In this document: positions 1-7,085 of the stretch, in pieces
Layout: the number at the start of each line of letters is the position of its first letter
How positions within the stretch are numbered: position 1 is the first letter of the stretch
Origin: a virus
DNA: 64,000 nt
Reading direction: 5' to 3' (one strand)
Virus record (IMG/VR): IMGVR_UViG_3300050821_010639
Span: 1 to 64,000 of that record
The notes under the pieces: model-generated
Databases searched by the model: none
What the model saw: only the letters and a program-made list of their open reading frames with translations
What the model was told of the DNA's origin: nothing
Position numbers and translations under genes: made by a program

Positions 1-2
1 AC

Positions 3-299
3 CGAGATCGTCACGCCGTCAAGCGGGCTTCCGGACTTGAGCGCCCAGGTCACATGGCGGTCGGTGCCCGGCCCGAAGCCGCCCTCGTCGCCCAGCAGCC
101 CGGACACACGAACCCCGCTGCCGGAGTTCACCGCCACCGCAGTCCCGGTGATGGTGTGCTGCGCGACGAACGACGCCTGCAGCGACGTGTCGGCGAAGCC
201 GTCAGCGTGCGCGCCGCCGACAGCGGCCAGGGCACCCGCCCCGGCCAGCGCCGGCACCACTACCGCGGTGAGCAGCCGCTTGCCATACTTCATACGCAT
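3..299 (-). CDS. Secreted protein, N-terminal part (runs off window)
   Basis: Manual translation MRMKYGKRLLTAVVVPALAGAGALAAVGGAHADG...: signal peptide with AHA-D cleavage site, GAGGGAG RBS; not in ORF track. Confidence 0.65.
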   Translation of the reverse strand, partial: MRMKYGKRLLTAVVVPALAGAGALAAVGGAHADGFADTSLQASFVAQHTITGTAVAVNSGSGVRVSGLLGDEGGFGPGTDRHVTWALKSGSPLDGVTIS

Positions 300-526
300 C
301 TCCCTCTTCAGGCTCCCGAATACTCCACGGGAGAAACAGTCAACTATGACGCAGGGAATCGGTTTCTTACCACGAGTTAACCGAACTGTGACCCAACCGG
401 GACGCCGGGGTCAGCCGGAACAGTGTGACGAATGTACCCTGGCGTGGCGGGGGCCGGCCCGTTCTCGCACCCGCGAAGCCGAGTTCACGTACCCGGCCCC
501 CGCCCCACCCTAGTAGGCAAGGCGAA

Positions 527-622
527 GGCCCTGCGGGGTGCCGGTGAGCTATCAGGGTCCTCTGCAAGGGCCCCAGGATTCGAACCTGGGAAAGAAGGAA
601 GCTCACCGATGGCCGCAGGGCC
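527..622 (-). ncRNA. Y-RNA-like ncRNA copy 4 (with T-arm)
   Basis: GGCCCUGCGG-CCAU-CGGUGAGCU-UCCUUC...CCAGG UUCGAAU CCUGG...AU-AGCUCACCG-GCACC-CCGCAGGGCC; ends pair; motif shared with 3 neighbours. Confidence 0.7.
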
Positions 623-636
623 AGTGCGGTATTCGT

Positions 637-738
637 CAGGCGGGAAGCCGGGACTCTATTCTTTGGCAGCCGGGCTTCGCCCCCGAGGGGGCAGCCGCCG
701 GCTAGAGCGATAGAAGGAAGACTCCCGATGGCCGCCTG
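637..738 (-). ncRNA. Y-RNA-like ncRNA copy 3
   Basis: CAGGCGG-CCAU-CGGGAGUCU-UCCUUC...AUAGAGUCCCG-GCUUC-CCGCCUG; same bulged terminal stem, different apical domain. Confidence 0.65.
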
Positions 739-747
739 TTGAGTTGT

Positions 748-891
748 CAGCGCGAGGAAGGCAAGCCAGCTATTTTCAAGGCCGGTGCTCTGCCGCTGAG
801 CTACCAGGGGCTTTCGCCCCCGGGCGGGATTCGAACCCGCGGCCCCCGGCTCCGGTTTGAGGGAAGGAAGCTGGCCTATGGCCTCACGCTG
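748..891 (-). ncRNA. Y-RNA-like ncRNA copy 2 with YrlA-type permuted tRNA domain
   Basis: Shared stem encloses T arm (GCGGG UUCGAAU CCCGC), GAAA-capped acceptor stem and D arm (GCUC AGCGGCA GAGC) in T-acceptor-D order. Confidence 0.8.
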
Positions 892-907
892 TTTGAGTTG
901 TGAAGTT

Positions 908-986
908 AGGGGGCGAGGAAGGCGAGTCAGCTATTTTTCATCCGTATAAGGGGTGTAGAAGGAAGCTAACCCATGGCCTCGCCCTT
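908..986 (-). ncRNA. Y-RNA-like ncRNA copy 1 (minimal)
   Basis: AAGGGCGAGG-CCAU-GGGUUAGCU-UCCUUC...AUAGCUGACUC-GCCUU-CCUCGCCCCCU, starting 5 nt after the TROVE-like gene stop. Confidence 0.7.
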
Positions 987-991
987 GAATA

Positions 992-3232
992 CTACGCCGG
1001 AATCAGGTCACCCAGGTTCGCCAGCGTGATGACCGAGGAGCCCTCCGGCAGGCCCTCCGGCAGGCCCTCCGGCTCCTCCACGCCGACGTAGGTCACCGGC
1101 ACGGTGGCCTGCTCGCGCCACTTGCCGGCCTTGTCCATCAGGACGACGGTGTTCTCCGCCGACCACGCCTCGTACAGGTACCGGACCGTCAGGAACTTCC
1201 GCGCCATGAAGTGCCGCGCGAGCAGTTCGGTCGTGGCCCGGTTCTCCTCCACCCGGTGGCCGCCGCCCCAGGACTGCATGTGCGCCCTGAGGCCGAGGTG
1301 CAGCCACTTGGCGTACCACGCGCCGTCGTCACCGCGGTAGAACACCACCGGCATGACGCAGACGTGCTCACCGGTGAGCACGGTCTTCATCCGCACCGTG
1401 CGCGGCTCGAAGGGCAGGCCCTTCTGCTCCGCGCTCCGGGTCATGTAGCCGAAGAAGTTCTCCGCCAGGGCGTCGAACGACTCGCCCGAGCTGTCGTAGG
1501 CCCCGTGGTTGTAGAGGTACAGCTGCGGGATGACGGTGTAGCCCTTGGCCACCTGGTCCAGGCGGACGTTGATGAACTCGGTCGCGCCGTGCGGGGCCGG
1601 GGCACTGGTGAGGTCGCCAGAGTGCTCGCCGTGGCCGTTCCTGAGCTGGGTGTAGCTCAGGTAGCTGCCCGTGCGGAACGTCTCGTCAACAAACAGCGCC
1701 GACAGGTCGTAGTCCGTCCGGTTCCCCTTCTCCACCCAGTGGAAGTAGAAGCGCAGCCAGTCACCCGGCTCCAGCTTCGACACCGAGCCACGCGGCCACA
1801 CTCCCAGCCCCCCGGACTGGTTCTTGCCGGTCAGCGGCAGCGCCGCGCCGAGGATAGCCGGGTCGAACACGAAGGTGCCGCCCTCGCCCAGCCGAGTCTT
1901 CAGCTCGAAGTCGATGATGCCGTTGACGTCCCGCACCAGGCCCGGGTCAAGCAGCGAGCGCTTGTCCTGCGTCACCCACGCCCGGCCACCACGGCCCGGG
2001 AAGAGCCGCGGCCCGCCCTCGGCCACCCGGTTGAGCAGGTGCTGGCGCACGCCGAGCAGCACACGAGCTGACACGTCAGGAGCGGTGCCGCCGAGCGCGG
2101 CGCCCAGCCGGGCCAGGTCAGCCGGGCCCGACGCGCGCAGCAGCCGGTCGGCGGAGCGCCACAGCTCGCCCGGGGCCAGCCGCGTGGCGGCGTGCCCCGG
2201 CTTGCCCAGCTTCATCAGCGCCTCGAACTGGCCGAGCCGGCTCTGGACGTCGGTCTCGCCGCGCGCGACGGCGAACACGTACTGGGCCCGGTCGAACTGG
2301 CCGAACTCGTGCGGGTGCAGCCGCTCGCCCAGGCGCTTCCACATCTCGGCCCGCGGCGGGATGTCCGCCGACTGCTCACGATGCGCCGTCATGACCTCAT
2401 GGAGCGCGGCCATCAGCACGTAGCGCACCCGGCGCGGCAGCGACTTGAACTTCGGCGCGGTCGCCAGCGTAACGTCCGCGCCGGACAGCTCAGCGGCCAC
2501 GCGCAGGATGTCGGTCAGCGAAGTCACCTGCAAGGCGAAGCCCAGGCGGACCCGCTGCGCGTTGATGACCGCCAGGTTCTCCCGCACCGGGATGTCCATG
2601 GCGAGCGGGCCGACGGGCGAGTAGCCGTGCGCGAGGAAGCGCAGCTGGTCCAGCTTGTCGCCGGACAGCGGCACCCGCGAGCCTGCCAGCGACCGGAACA
2701 GCGCCTGGCCCTCGGCGTCGGCGCCCTGGCCCAGGTGGATGACCGTCAGCCTGTCACTGAGCAGTGCCTCGAACGCCTGATGGTGCTCCAGCAGGTCCGC
2801 GTAGGCGTGCTGGTAGGTGCCGTAGCCCGGCAGGGACAGCAGGTCGAGCGCGAACTGGCCGTCCGGGCCGAGCGCCGCGCGGACCTCCGCCCTGCTGCCC
2901 CCGGTTGCAGCGTGAACCGCGTCCGTCAGCAGCTGAGCCCAGAACGCCTCCGCCTCCGGCACGTTAGCCGGGAAGTCGATGAAGTAGGCGTTGTGCTGCC
3001 GGTGCGCGCCGACGGCCTCGCGAGCCCAGCCGAGCACTTCCACGGCCTTGTCGATGACGTAACCGCGGTCCAGCGTGCCCAGCTCGGCGAGCAGGCGGCC
3101 GGAGAGCTTGAAGCCCAGGCTCATGAGCACCGCGTCAAACTGGCGCGCGACGACCTCGCTGTCGCCCGTGGCGCGGGCTCCGTCCAGGGACACCCGGCAC
3201 CGGGTGTCGAAAACCAGCTGCTCAACGTTCAT
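992..3232 (-). CDS. ROT/TROVE-like repeat protein with C-terminal TerD domain (SCO0854/MXAN_6230-like, RING-less)
   Basis: 746 aa; motifs YFIDFPANVP, IPVRENLA, TDILR, WKRLGERLHPHE, PGELWR; TerD-like DYDLSALF...HSGDLTSAP...GATEFI. Confidence 0.75.
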   Translation of the reverse strand: MNVEQLVFDTRCRVSLDGARATGDSEVVARQFDAVLMSLGFKLSGRLLAELGTLDRGYVIDKAVEVLGWAREAVGAHRQHNAYFIDFPANVPEAEAFWAQLLTDAVHAATGGSRAEVRAALGPDGQFALDLLSLPGYGTYQHAYADLLEHHQAFEALLSDRLTVIHLGQGADAEGQALFRSLAGSRVPLSGDKLDQLRFLAHGYSPVGPLAMDIPVRENLAVINAQRVRLGFALQVTSLTDILRVAAELSGADVTLATAPKFKSLPRRVRYVLMAALHEVMTAHREQSADIPPRAEMWKRLGERLHPHEFGQFDRAQYVFAVARGETDVQSRLGQFEALMKLGKPGHAATRLAPGELWRSADRLLRASGPADLARLGAALGGTAPDVSARVLLGVRQHLLNRVAEGGPRLFPGRGGRAWVTQDKRSLLDPGLVRDVNGIIDFELKTRLGEGGTFVFDPAILGAALPLTGKNQSGGLGVWPRGSVSKLEPGDWLRFYFHWVEKGNRTDYDLSALFVDETFRTGSYLSYTQLRNGHGEHSGDLTSAPAPHGATEFINVRLDQVAKGYTVIPQLYLYNHGAYDSSGESFDALAENFFGYMTRSAEQKGLPFEPRTVRMKTVLTGEHVCVMPVVFYRGDDGAWYAKWLHLGLRAHMQSWGGGHRVEENRATTELLARHFMARKFLTVRYLYEAWSAENTVVLMDKAGKWREQATVPVTYVGVEEPEGLPEGLPEGSSVITLANLGDLIPA

Positions 3233-3265
3233 CGTGCCTGCCCTGACTTTGCTCTAGCGGATTTG

Positions 3266-3305
3266 CTTAACTTGAGTCTAATGCACTTCCTTGACAAGAG
3301 TCAAG
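3266..3305 (-). promoter_or_regulatory. Promoter (TTGACT-18-TAGACT) with CTTGAC-N4-GTCAAG palindrome
   Basis: CTTGACAAGAGTCAAG at 3290-3305, degenerate second copy at 3266-3281, upstream of the TROVE-like gene. Confidence 0.6.
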
Positions 3306-3316
3306 GAAAGAACTTA

Positions 3317-3333
3317 CCACAGCGTGAGCATCG
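3317..3333 (-). repeat. tRNA-array trailer, complement of leader at 8318-8334
   Basis: + CCACAGCGTGAGCATCG is the exact reverse complement of + CGATGCTCACGCTGTGG at 8318-8334. Confidence 0.85.
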
Positions 3334-3337
3334 AAGG

Positions 3338-3411
3338 CGGCCCTGGCTGGATTCGAACCAGCGGTACCTCGCTTAGGGGGCGAGTGCTCTGTCCGGCTGA
3401 GCTACAGGGTC
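3338..3411 (-). tRNA. tRNA-Arg(CCT)
   Basis: Cloverleaf; anticodon loop CC-CCT-AA (C33). Confidence 0.85.
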
Positions 3412-3412
3412 A

Positions 3413-3487
3413 TGGAGGCGGAACGGAGAATCGAACTCCGGTTGCGCGTTTTGCAGGCGCGCGCCTATGCCACTCGGCCATACCGCC
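3413..3487 (-). tRNA. tRNA-Cys(GCA)
   Basis: Cloverleaf; loop CT-GCA-AA; encoded CCA. Confidence 0.9.
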
Positions 3488-3499
3488 ATTGAACTTGCG

Positions 3500-3573
3500 T
3501 GGTCTCAGAGGGACTCGAACCCCCGCCAACCCGCCTCCGGAGGGCGGTGCTCTGTCCACTGAGCTATGAGACC
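3500..3573 (-). tRNA. tRNA-Arg(CCG)
   Basis: Cloverleaf; loop CT-CCG-GA. Confidence 0.9.
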
Positions 3574-3574
3574 T

Positions 3575-3660
3575 TGGAGGCGCGTGCAGGATTCGAACCT
3601 GCGAAGGATCTACCGGCCGCTTTACAGGCGGCTGCCGTTGGCCACTTGAGCTAACGCGCC
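3575..3660 (-). tRNA. tRNA-Tyr(GTA)
   Basis: Cloverleaf with long variable arm; loop CT-GTA-AA; CCA. Confidence 0.9.
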
Positions 3661-3661
3661 A

Positions 3662-3737
3662 TGGGGTAAGTAACGGGGCTCGAACCCGCCCGCCTGGGAC
3701 CACAACCCAGTGCTCTGCCGTCTGAGCTATACCTACC
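3662..3737 (-). tRNA. tRNA-His(GTG)
   Basis: Cloverleaf; loop TT-GTG-GT; G-1; CCA. Confidence 0.9.
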
Positions 3738-3743
3738 ACGAGA

Positions 3744-4106
3744 CTAATCCGGCAGAACGAGATTCAAGACCTCGAACGCTGCACGGATCTGCCCTTGCCG
3801 CCGAGAGCCCAGATGCGGGTACAGGACCCGCATAAGTGCCTCAGCGTCAGCTTTCCTGTTGACGAAAAACCGCCAGTACGGCTTCCGGTTCGACTGAGTG
3901 CGGGCGGTGTAGGGGCCTCCAACAGTCCCCACGCCTGACCACGCATGCAGCTTACGGATGACGTCCTCGTCGGTCATATTGCACTCGATGCGTAGCTGGA
4001 CGTACTCCTTCTTGCGCCCACCGCAACCCGCCTTACGGCGGTTGATGCCGAAGTGACCCTCACCTTCGAGAACTCCGACCACCCACATCAACTTTGCGTT
4101 GTCCAT
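3744..4106 (-). CDS. Free-standing single-motif LAGLIDADG homing endonuclease
   Basis: N-terminal WVVGVLEGEGHF motif, NMTDEDVI, LYPHL..RRQ.QI; lower GC than flanks. Confidence 0.8.
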   Translation of the reverse strand: MDNAKLMWVVGVLEGEGHFGINRRKAGCGGRKKEYVQLRIECNMTDEDVIRKLHAWSGVGTVGGPYTARTQSNRKPYWRFFVNRKADAEALMRVLYPHLGSRRQGQIRAAFEVLNLVLPD

Positions 4107-4119
4107 GTCAACTACTACG

Positions 4120-4194
4120 TGGTCGATGAGGGATTCGAACCCCCGACAGCCCGCTGTGTGAAAGCGGCGCTCTACCAGGCTGAGCTAAACGACC
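4120..4194 (-). tRNA. tRNA-Val(CAC)
   Basis: Cloverleaf; loop TT-CAC-AC. Confidence 0.9.
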
Positions 4195-4205
4195 TCGTAC
4201 TTGCG

Positions 4206-4278
4206 TGCCCCCCGGGAGACTCGAACTCCCACCCTCCCGGTTCGTAGCCGGACGCTCTATCCGTTGCGCTAGAGGGGC
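4206..4278 (-). tRNA. tRNA-Arg(ACG)
   Basis: Cloverleaf; loop CT-ACG-AA. Confidence 0.9.
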
Positions 4279-4291
4279 ATTGGGTCTTGCG

Positions 4292-4363
4292 TGGGCGAGG
4301 CAGGGATCGAACCTGCGGCCTCTTCCGTGTCGGGGAAACGCGCTTCCGCTGCGCTACACGCCC
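4292..4363 (-). tRNA. tRNA-Val(GAC)
   Basis: Cloverleaf; loop CC-GAC-AC (C33). Confidence 0.85.
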
Positions 4364-4369
4364 AAGTTT

Positions 4370-4398
4370 GTTGACGCCGGTCAAGCAACGGGTACCGT
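4370..4398 (+). promoter_or_regulatory. Palindromic operator/promoter (TTGACG...TACCGT) for two antisense micro-ORFs
   Basis: GTTGACGCCGGTCAAG at 4370-4385; -10-like TACCGT 6 nt before GTG at 4405. Confidence 0.5.
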
Positions 4399-4404
4399 TA
4401 GGTC

Positions 4405-4545
4405 GTGGGATTTTTCATCGGCCTCGGCATCGGCCTCGCAGTCGGCGGCTTCTACGGCCTCAGGTGGGGCGGCGTCCGTGCCTTCTACCGACTCGGCCGG
4501 TACGAGCACACTGAGCGCATGCGCCGCTCCGGGCTCGGCAACTGA
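4405..4545 (+). CDS. Small membrane protein (46 aa)
   Basis: MGFFIGLGIGLAVGGFYGLRWGGVRAFYRLGRYEHTERMRRSGLGN; high GC3; TGATG coupling to next ORF. Confidence 0.65.
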   Translation: MGFFIGLGIGLAVGGFYGLRWGGVRAFYRLGRYEHTERMRRSGLGN

Positions 4546-4706
4546 TGAAGCGGGGTTCGGCCTTCTTCATCATCGGCGCCGTCATCGGCCTTGGCGTCAG
4601 CGTCACGCTGGACGCAACCGGGCTGCACTGGCTGACCTGGCCTATTGCCGGACTGTTCGCACTAGCCGCCCTGGCCATCACCGTCACTATGCGTAAGCGC
4701 TCCTGA
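4545..4706 (+). CDS. Small two-TM membrane protein (53 aa)
   Basis: MKRGSAFFIIGAVIGLGVSVTLDATGLHWLTWPIAGLFALAALAITVTMRKRS. Confidence 0.65.
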   Translation: MKRGSAFFIIGAVIGLGVSVTLDATGLHWLTWPIAGLFALAALAITVTMRKRS

Positions 4707-4773
4707 CGGGATTCGAACCCGCGATTTTCTGCTTGACGGGCAGACGGGGACGGCCTGACTCCCCTACAGGTGC
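4698..4773 (-). tRNA. tRNA-Asp(GTC)
   Basis: Cloverleaf; loop CC-GTC-AA (C33). Confidence 0.85.
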
Positions 4774-4785
4774 ATGTGTACTGCG

Positions 4786-4858
4786 CTCCGGCAACTGGGA
4801 TCGAACCAGTGCGCTTCCGCTTAACGGGCGGCTGCTCTGCCGTCTGAGCTATGCCGGA
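4786..4858 (-). tRNA. tRNA-Asn(GTT)
   Basis: Cloverleaf; loop CC-GTT-AA (C33). Confidence 0.85.
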
Positions 4859-4863
4859 TCGAT

Positions 4864-4940
4864 TGGAGCCCCCGTCAGGCTACGTACCTGACACTCATCG
4901 CCCGCCACGCGGCGGGCGAGTCCCCTGCGCGGGAGGGGGC
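4864..4940 (-). ncRNA. Atypical tRNA-like RNA ending in CCA
   Basis: GCCCCC...GGGGGC-U-CCA acceptor with three hairpins, T-like loop UACGUAG, no standard anticodon loop. Confidence 0.45.
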
Positions 4941-4943
4941 GCA

Positions 4944-4991
4944 GTTGCGGAGTATGAGTCCAGCGGGGACACCGAACTCCCCCACTCCGCA
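4944..4991 (-). pseudogene. Internally deleted tRNA-Met(CAT)-like remnant
   Basis: UGCGGAG-D arm-CUGGA-CUCAUA joined directly to CUCCGCAAC; 3' anticodon strand and T arm missing. Confidence 0.5.
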
Positions 4992-5022
4992 TCGTGCCTC
5001 CAGGGTAACCCGGAGGTCTTCG

Positions 5023-5095
5023 CTCCCCCAACGGGATTCGAACCCGTGCTCTCGCCTTGAAAGGACGGCGACCTCGGCCGCTAGTCGATAGGGGC
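5023..5095 (-). tRNA. tRNA-Glu(TTC)
   Basis: Cloverleaf; loop CT-TTC-AA. Confidence 0.85.
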
Positions 5096-5100
5096 TTGCG

Positions 5101-5175
5101 TGGTCCTGGCGGGCTTTGAACCCGCGTCACCGACTTGAGAGGCCGGCGTCCTGAGCCTGACTAGACGACAGGACC
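5101..5175 (-). tRNA. tRNA-Glu(CTC)
   Basis: Cloverleaf; loop CT-CTC-AA. Confidence 0.9.
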
Positions 5176-5186
5176 GTGTTCTTGCG

Positions 5187-5259
5187 TGTACCAGGCGGGG
5201 ATCGAACCCGCGGCCGACTGCTTAGAAGGCAGCTGCTCCTTCCGCTGAGCTACTGGCAC
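5187..5259 (-). tRNA. tRNA-Arg(TCT)
   Basis: Cloverleaf; loop CT-TCT-AA. Confidence 0.9.
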
Positions 5260-5263
5260 CCGG

Positions 5264-5335
5264 TGCCTCCCGAAGGGGTCGAACCCTCATCCCATGGCTT
5301 AAAAGGCCCGGATGCTCCCGTTGCACCAGAGAGGC
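5264..5335 (-). tRNA. tRNA-Lys(TTT)
   Basis: Cloverleaf, imperfect anticodon stem; loop CT-TTT-AA. Confidence 0.8.
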
Positions 5336-5336
5336 T

Positions 5337-5415
5337 TGGTAGCGCGGGTGGGATTCGAACCCACGTACGGCAGGTTATGAGTCTGCTGCTTGAAACCTGA
5401 CTCAGCTACCGCGCC
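5337..5415 (-). tRNA. tRNA-Met(CAT) (elongator; Ile2 not excluded)
   Basis: Cloverleaf; loop CT-CAT-AA; CCA. Confidence 0.85.
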
Positions 5416-5416
5416 G

Positions 5417-5492
5417 TGGGTCCAGGTGGATTTGAACCACCGCGTCTTCCGGTTATCAGCCGGATGCCTTCACCAGACTTGGCCACAGACCC
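5417..5492 (-). tRNA. tRNA-Ile(GAT)
   Basis: Cloverleaf; loop CT-GAT-AA. Confidence 0.9.
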
Positions 5493-5631
5493 ATGTGACT
5501 CGACAGCAACAAGTAACTGTGTGTATGCTGTCGAGTGCTCGTAGTAATGAAACTGCGTGCACCGTCGTTCGACGGCAGGCAGAGTTGAGGCGGTTCCTTC
5601 AGCGGCCCGAGGGGACCGCCTCAGTCATGCC

Positions 5632-5718
5632 TGGAGGAGACGGTGGGATTCGAACCCACGGGGCCGTAACCCGCTGGTTTTCGGGACCAGAGCCTTAATC
5701 CACTCGTGCCACGTCTCC
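5632..5718 (-). tRNA. tRNA-Ser(CGA)
   Basis: Long variable arm; loop CC-CGA-AA (C33); CCA. Confidence 0.85.
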
Positions 5719-5722
5719 AGAG

Positions 5723-5808
5723 AGGAGCGAGCGGGATTCGAACCCGCGGAGGTGTTACCCCCGCCGCGCTAGCAACGCGGTGCCATAAGCCTCTCGTGCC
5801 ATCGCTCC
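5723..5808 (-). tRNA. tRNA-Ser(GCT)
   Basis: Long variable arm; loop TT-GCT-AG. Confidence 0.9.
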
Positions 5809-5812
5809 AGAG

Positions 5813-5893
5813 TGGGCGGGGAGGGAGTCGAACCCTCACGTCCGAGGACACACGGGCCTGAACCGTGCGCGGCTGCCATTACGCCACTCGCCC
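5813..5893 (-). tRNA. tRNA-Leu(CAG)
   Basis: Long variable arm; loop TT-CAG-GC. Confidence 0.9.
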
Positions 5894-6059
5894 TTGCTCC
5901 CCGGGCTGTTCTCCCTTTGCTGGGCCAGGCCCGGGGGGCTGGCAGGGAGCCAGGTCAGCGCTCTCGCGATGAGCTTCCCGGCCGGTGCACCGGCCAGTCT
6001 GCCTGGAGGTTGTCTGGGGTCCCCTCTTGGGCGCGTCCGCCCGCCAGTTCACCCCATAG

Positions 6060-6131
6060 AGCCGACGACGGGATTCGAACCCGCGACCTTCACCTTGGCA
6101 AGGTGGCGTGCTACCGCTGCACTACGTCGAC
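6060..6131 (-). tRNA. tRNA-Gly(GCC)
   Basis: Cloverleaf; loop TT-GCC-AA. Confidence 0.9.
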
Positions 6132-6132
6132 A

Positions 6133-6209
6133 TGGAGCCGGCACGCGGGGTCGAACCGCGGGCCTCGCCCTTACCGAGGGCGCGCTCTAACCGCCTGAGC
6201 TATACCGGC
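6133..6209 (-). tRNA. tRNA-Thr(GGT)
   Basis: Cloverleaf; loop TC-GGT-AA (C33); CCA. Confidence 0.85.
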
Positions 6210-6210
6210 A

Positions 6211-6286
6211 TGGTTCCGGGGGCTGGGCTCGAACCAGCGTGCCCCGGCTTCAAGGGCCGGGCGGGATGCCGTCAACCCACCCCGGA
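6211..6286 (-). tRNA. tRNA-Gln(TTG)
   Basis: Cloverleaf; loop CC-TTG-AA (C33); CCA. Confidence 0.8.
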
Positions 6287-6357
6287 TCGGGCACCGGACT
6301 TGAACCGATCACCCGCTGCTTACAAGGCAGCCGCTCTGCCAGATGAGCTAGCCCGGC
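6286..6357 (-). tRNA. tRNA-Thr(TGT)
   Basis: Cloverleaf; loop CT-TGT-AA; 3' end abuts or overlaps the next tRNA. Confidence 0.8.
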
Positions 6358-6361
6358 GAAG

Positions 6362-6446
6362 TGTCCGAGGCGGGACTTGAACCCGCAGCGCCCGTAGCGG
6401 GCACCAGCACCTCAAGCTGGCGCGTCTGCCATTTCGCCACACGGAC
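6362..6446 (-). tRNA. tRNA-Leu(GAG)
   Basis: Long variable arm; loop TT-GAG-GT. Confidence 0.9.
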
Positions 6447-6574
6447 AAGTAGGAAGACCCGGAGACCGGACCCTGACGCGCACCAGGGCGGCTGCCCTCG
6501 CTCCGCCTCCGTCACTGCCCTGCGCGGGACAGCTTCCAGCGGCGAGTCTCCTGGGGATGTCGCACGTTTTCCCG

Positions 6575-6647
6575 AGCCCCGAACCGGCATCGAACCGATG
6601 ACCTCGCCATTACGGGTGGCGCGCTCTGCCATCTGAGCTACCGGGGC
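6575..6647 (-). tRNA. tRNA-Thr(CGT)
   Basis: Cloverleaf; loop CC-CGT-AA (C33). Confidence 0.85.
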
Positions 6648-6680
6648 ATAAGGCCGCCTGCGCAAGCGCTGACAGCCACG

Positions 6681-6756
6681 CTGCGGTACCTGGGATCGAA
6701 CCAGGGTGACTCCGGGTTCAGGGCCCGGCGAGTTTGCCAGCGTCCTCCATACCGCA
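6681..6756 (-). tRNA. tRNA-Gln(CTG)
   Basis: Cloverleaf; loop CC-CTG-AA (C33). Confidence 0.8.
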
Positions 6757-6853
6757 TCGTTGCCGGGGCTCTTTGCTGGCCCCGGATTAACGGACCTGTT
6801 CCTCCCGCAGAGGGGACCGGGCAAGGATTCGCAGGACGGCCTTGCCAGCCGCG

Positions 6854-6930
6854 TAGGCGAGGCGGGACTCGAACCCGCAGGAAGGCACGGATTTTGAGGC
6901 CGCCGCATATACCGGTTCTGCTACTCGCCC
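6854..6930 (-). tRNA. tRNA-Leu(CAA)
   Basis: Cloverleaf with short variable region; loop CT-CAA-AA. Confidence 0.8.
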
Positions 6931-7012
6931 AAGAAGAGGAGGCGGGCCCGCTGACAGCAGGAGACCTGTACGTCGTTGTCAGCCACGGGCGCGGTCTCCG
7001 GACCGCCTCCAG

Positions 7013-7085
7013 TACGCCGCCCGGGACTCGAACCCGGAACCCCCTGATTAAGAGTCAGGTGCAGTGACCATTGTGCTAGCGACGC
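7013..7085 (-). tRNA. tRNA-Lys(CTT)
   Basis: Cloverleaf; loop CT-CTT-AA. Confidence 0.9.

Noticed and set aside
780-850. Ordinary tRNA gene
   Set aside because: Arms are in T-acceptor-D order with a closed acceptor stem and no anticodon loop.
527-986. CRISPR array interpretation of the four repeats
   Set aside because: Units are self-complementary with covarying stems and tRNA-like inserts, not identical direct repeats with unique spacers; no cas operon.
1040-1075. 12-bp tandem repeat CCCTCCGGCAGG
   Set aside because: In-frame PEGL linker repeat within the CDS.
5894-6056. tmRNA (5' GGGGUGAA start)
   Set aside because: Too short; no T arm/CCA end or tag ORF.
6447-6572. Cobalamin riboswitch (CCAGGAGACUCGCC resembles its 3' end)
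   Set aside because: Elements are in the wrong order and the core is missing; it lies between tRNAs.
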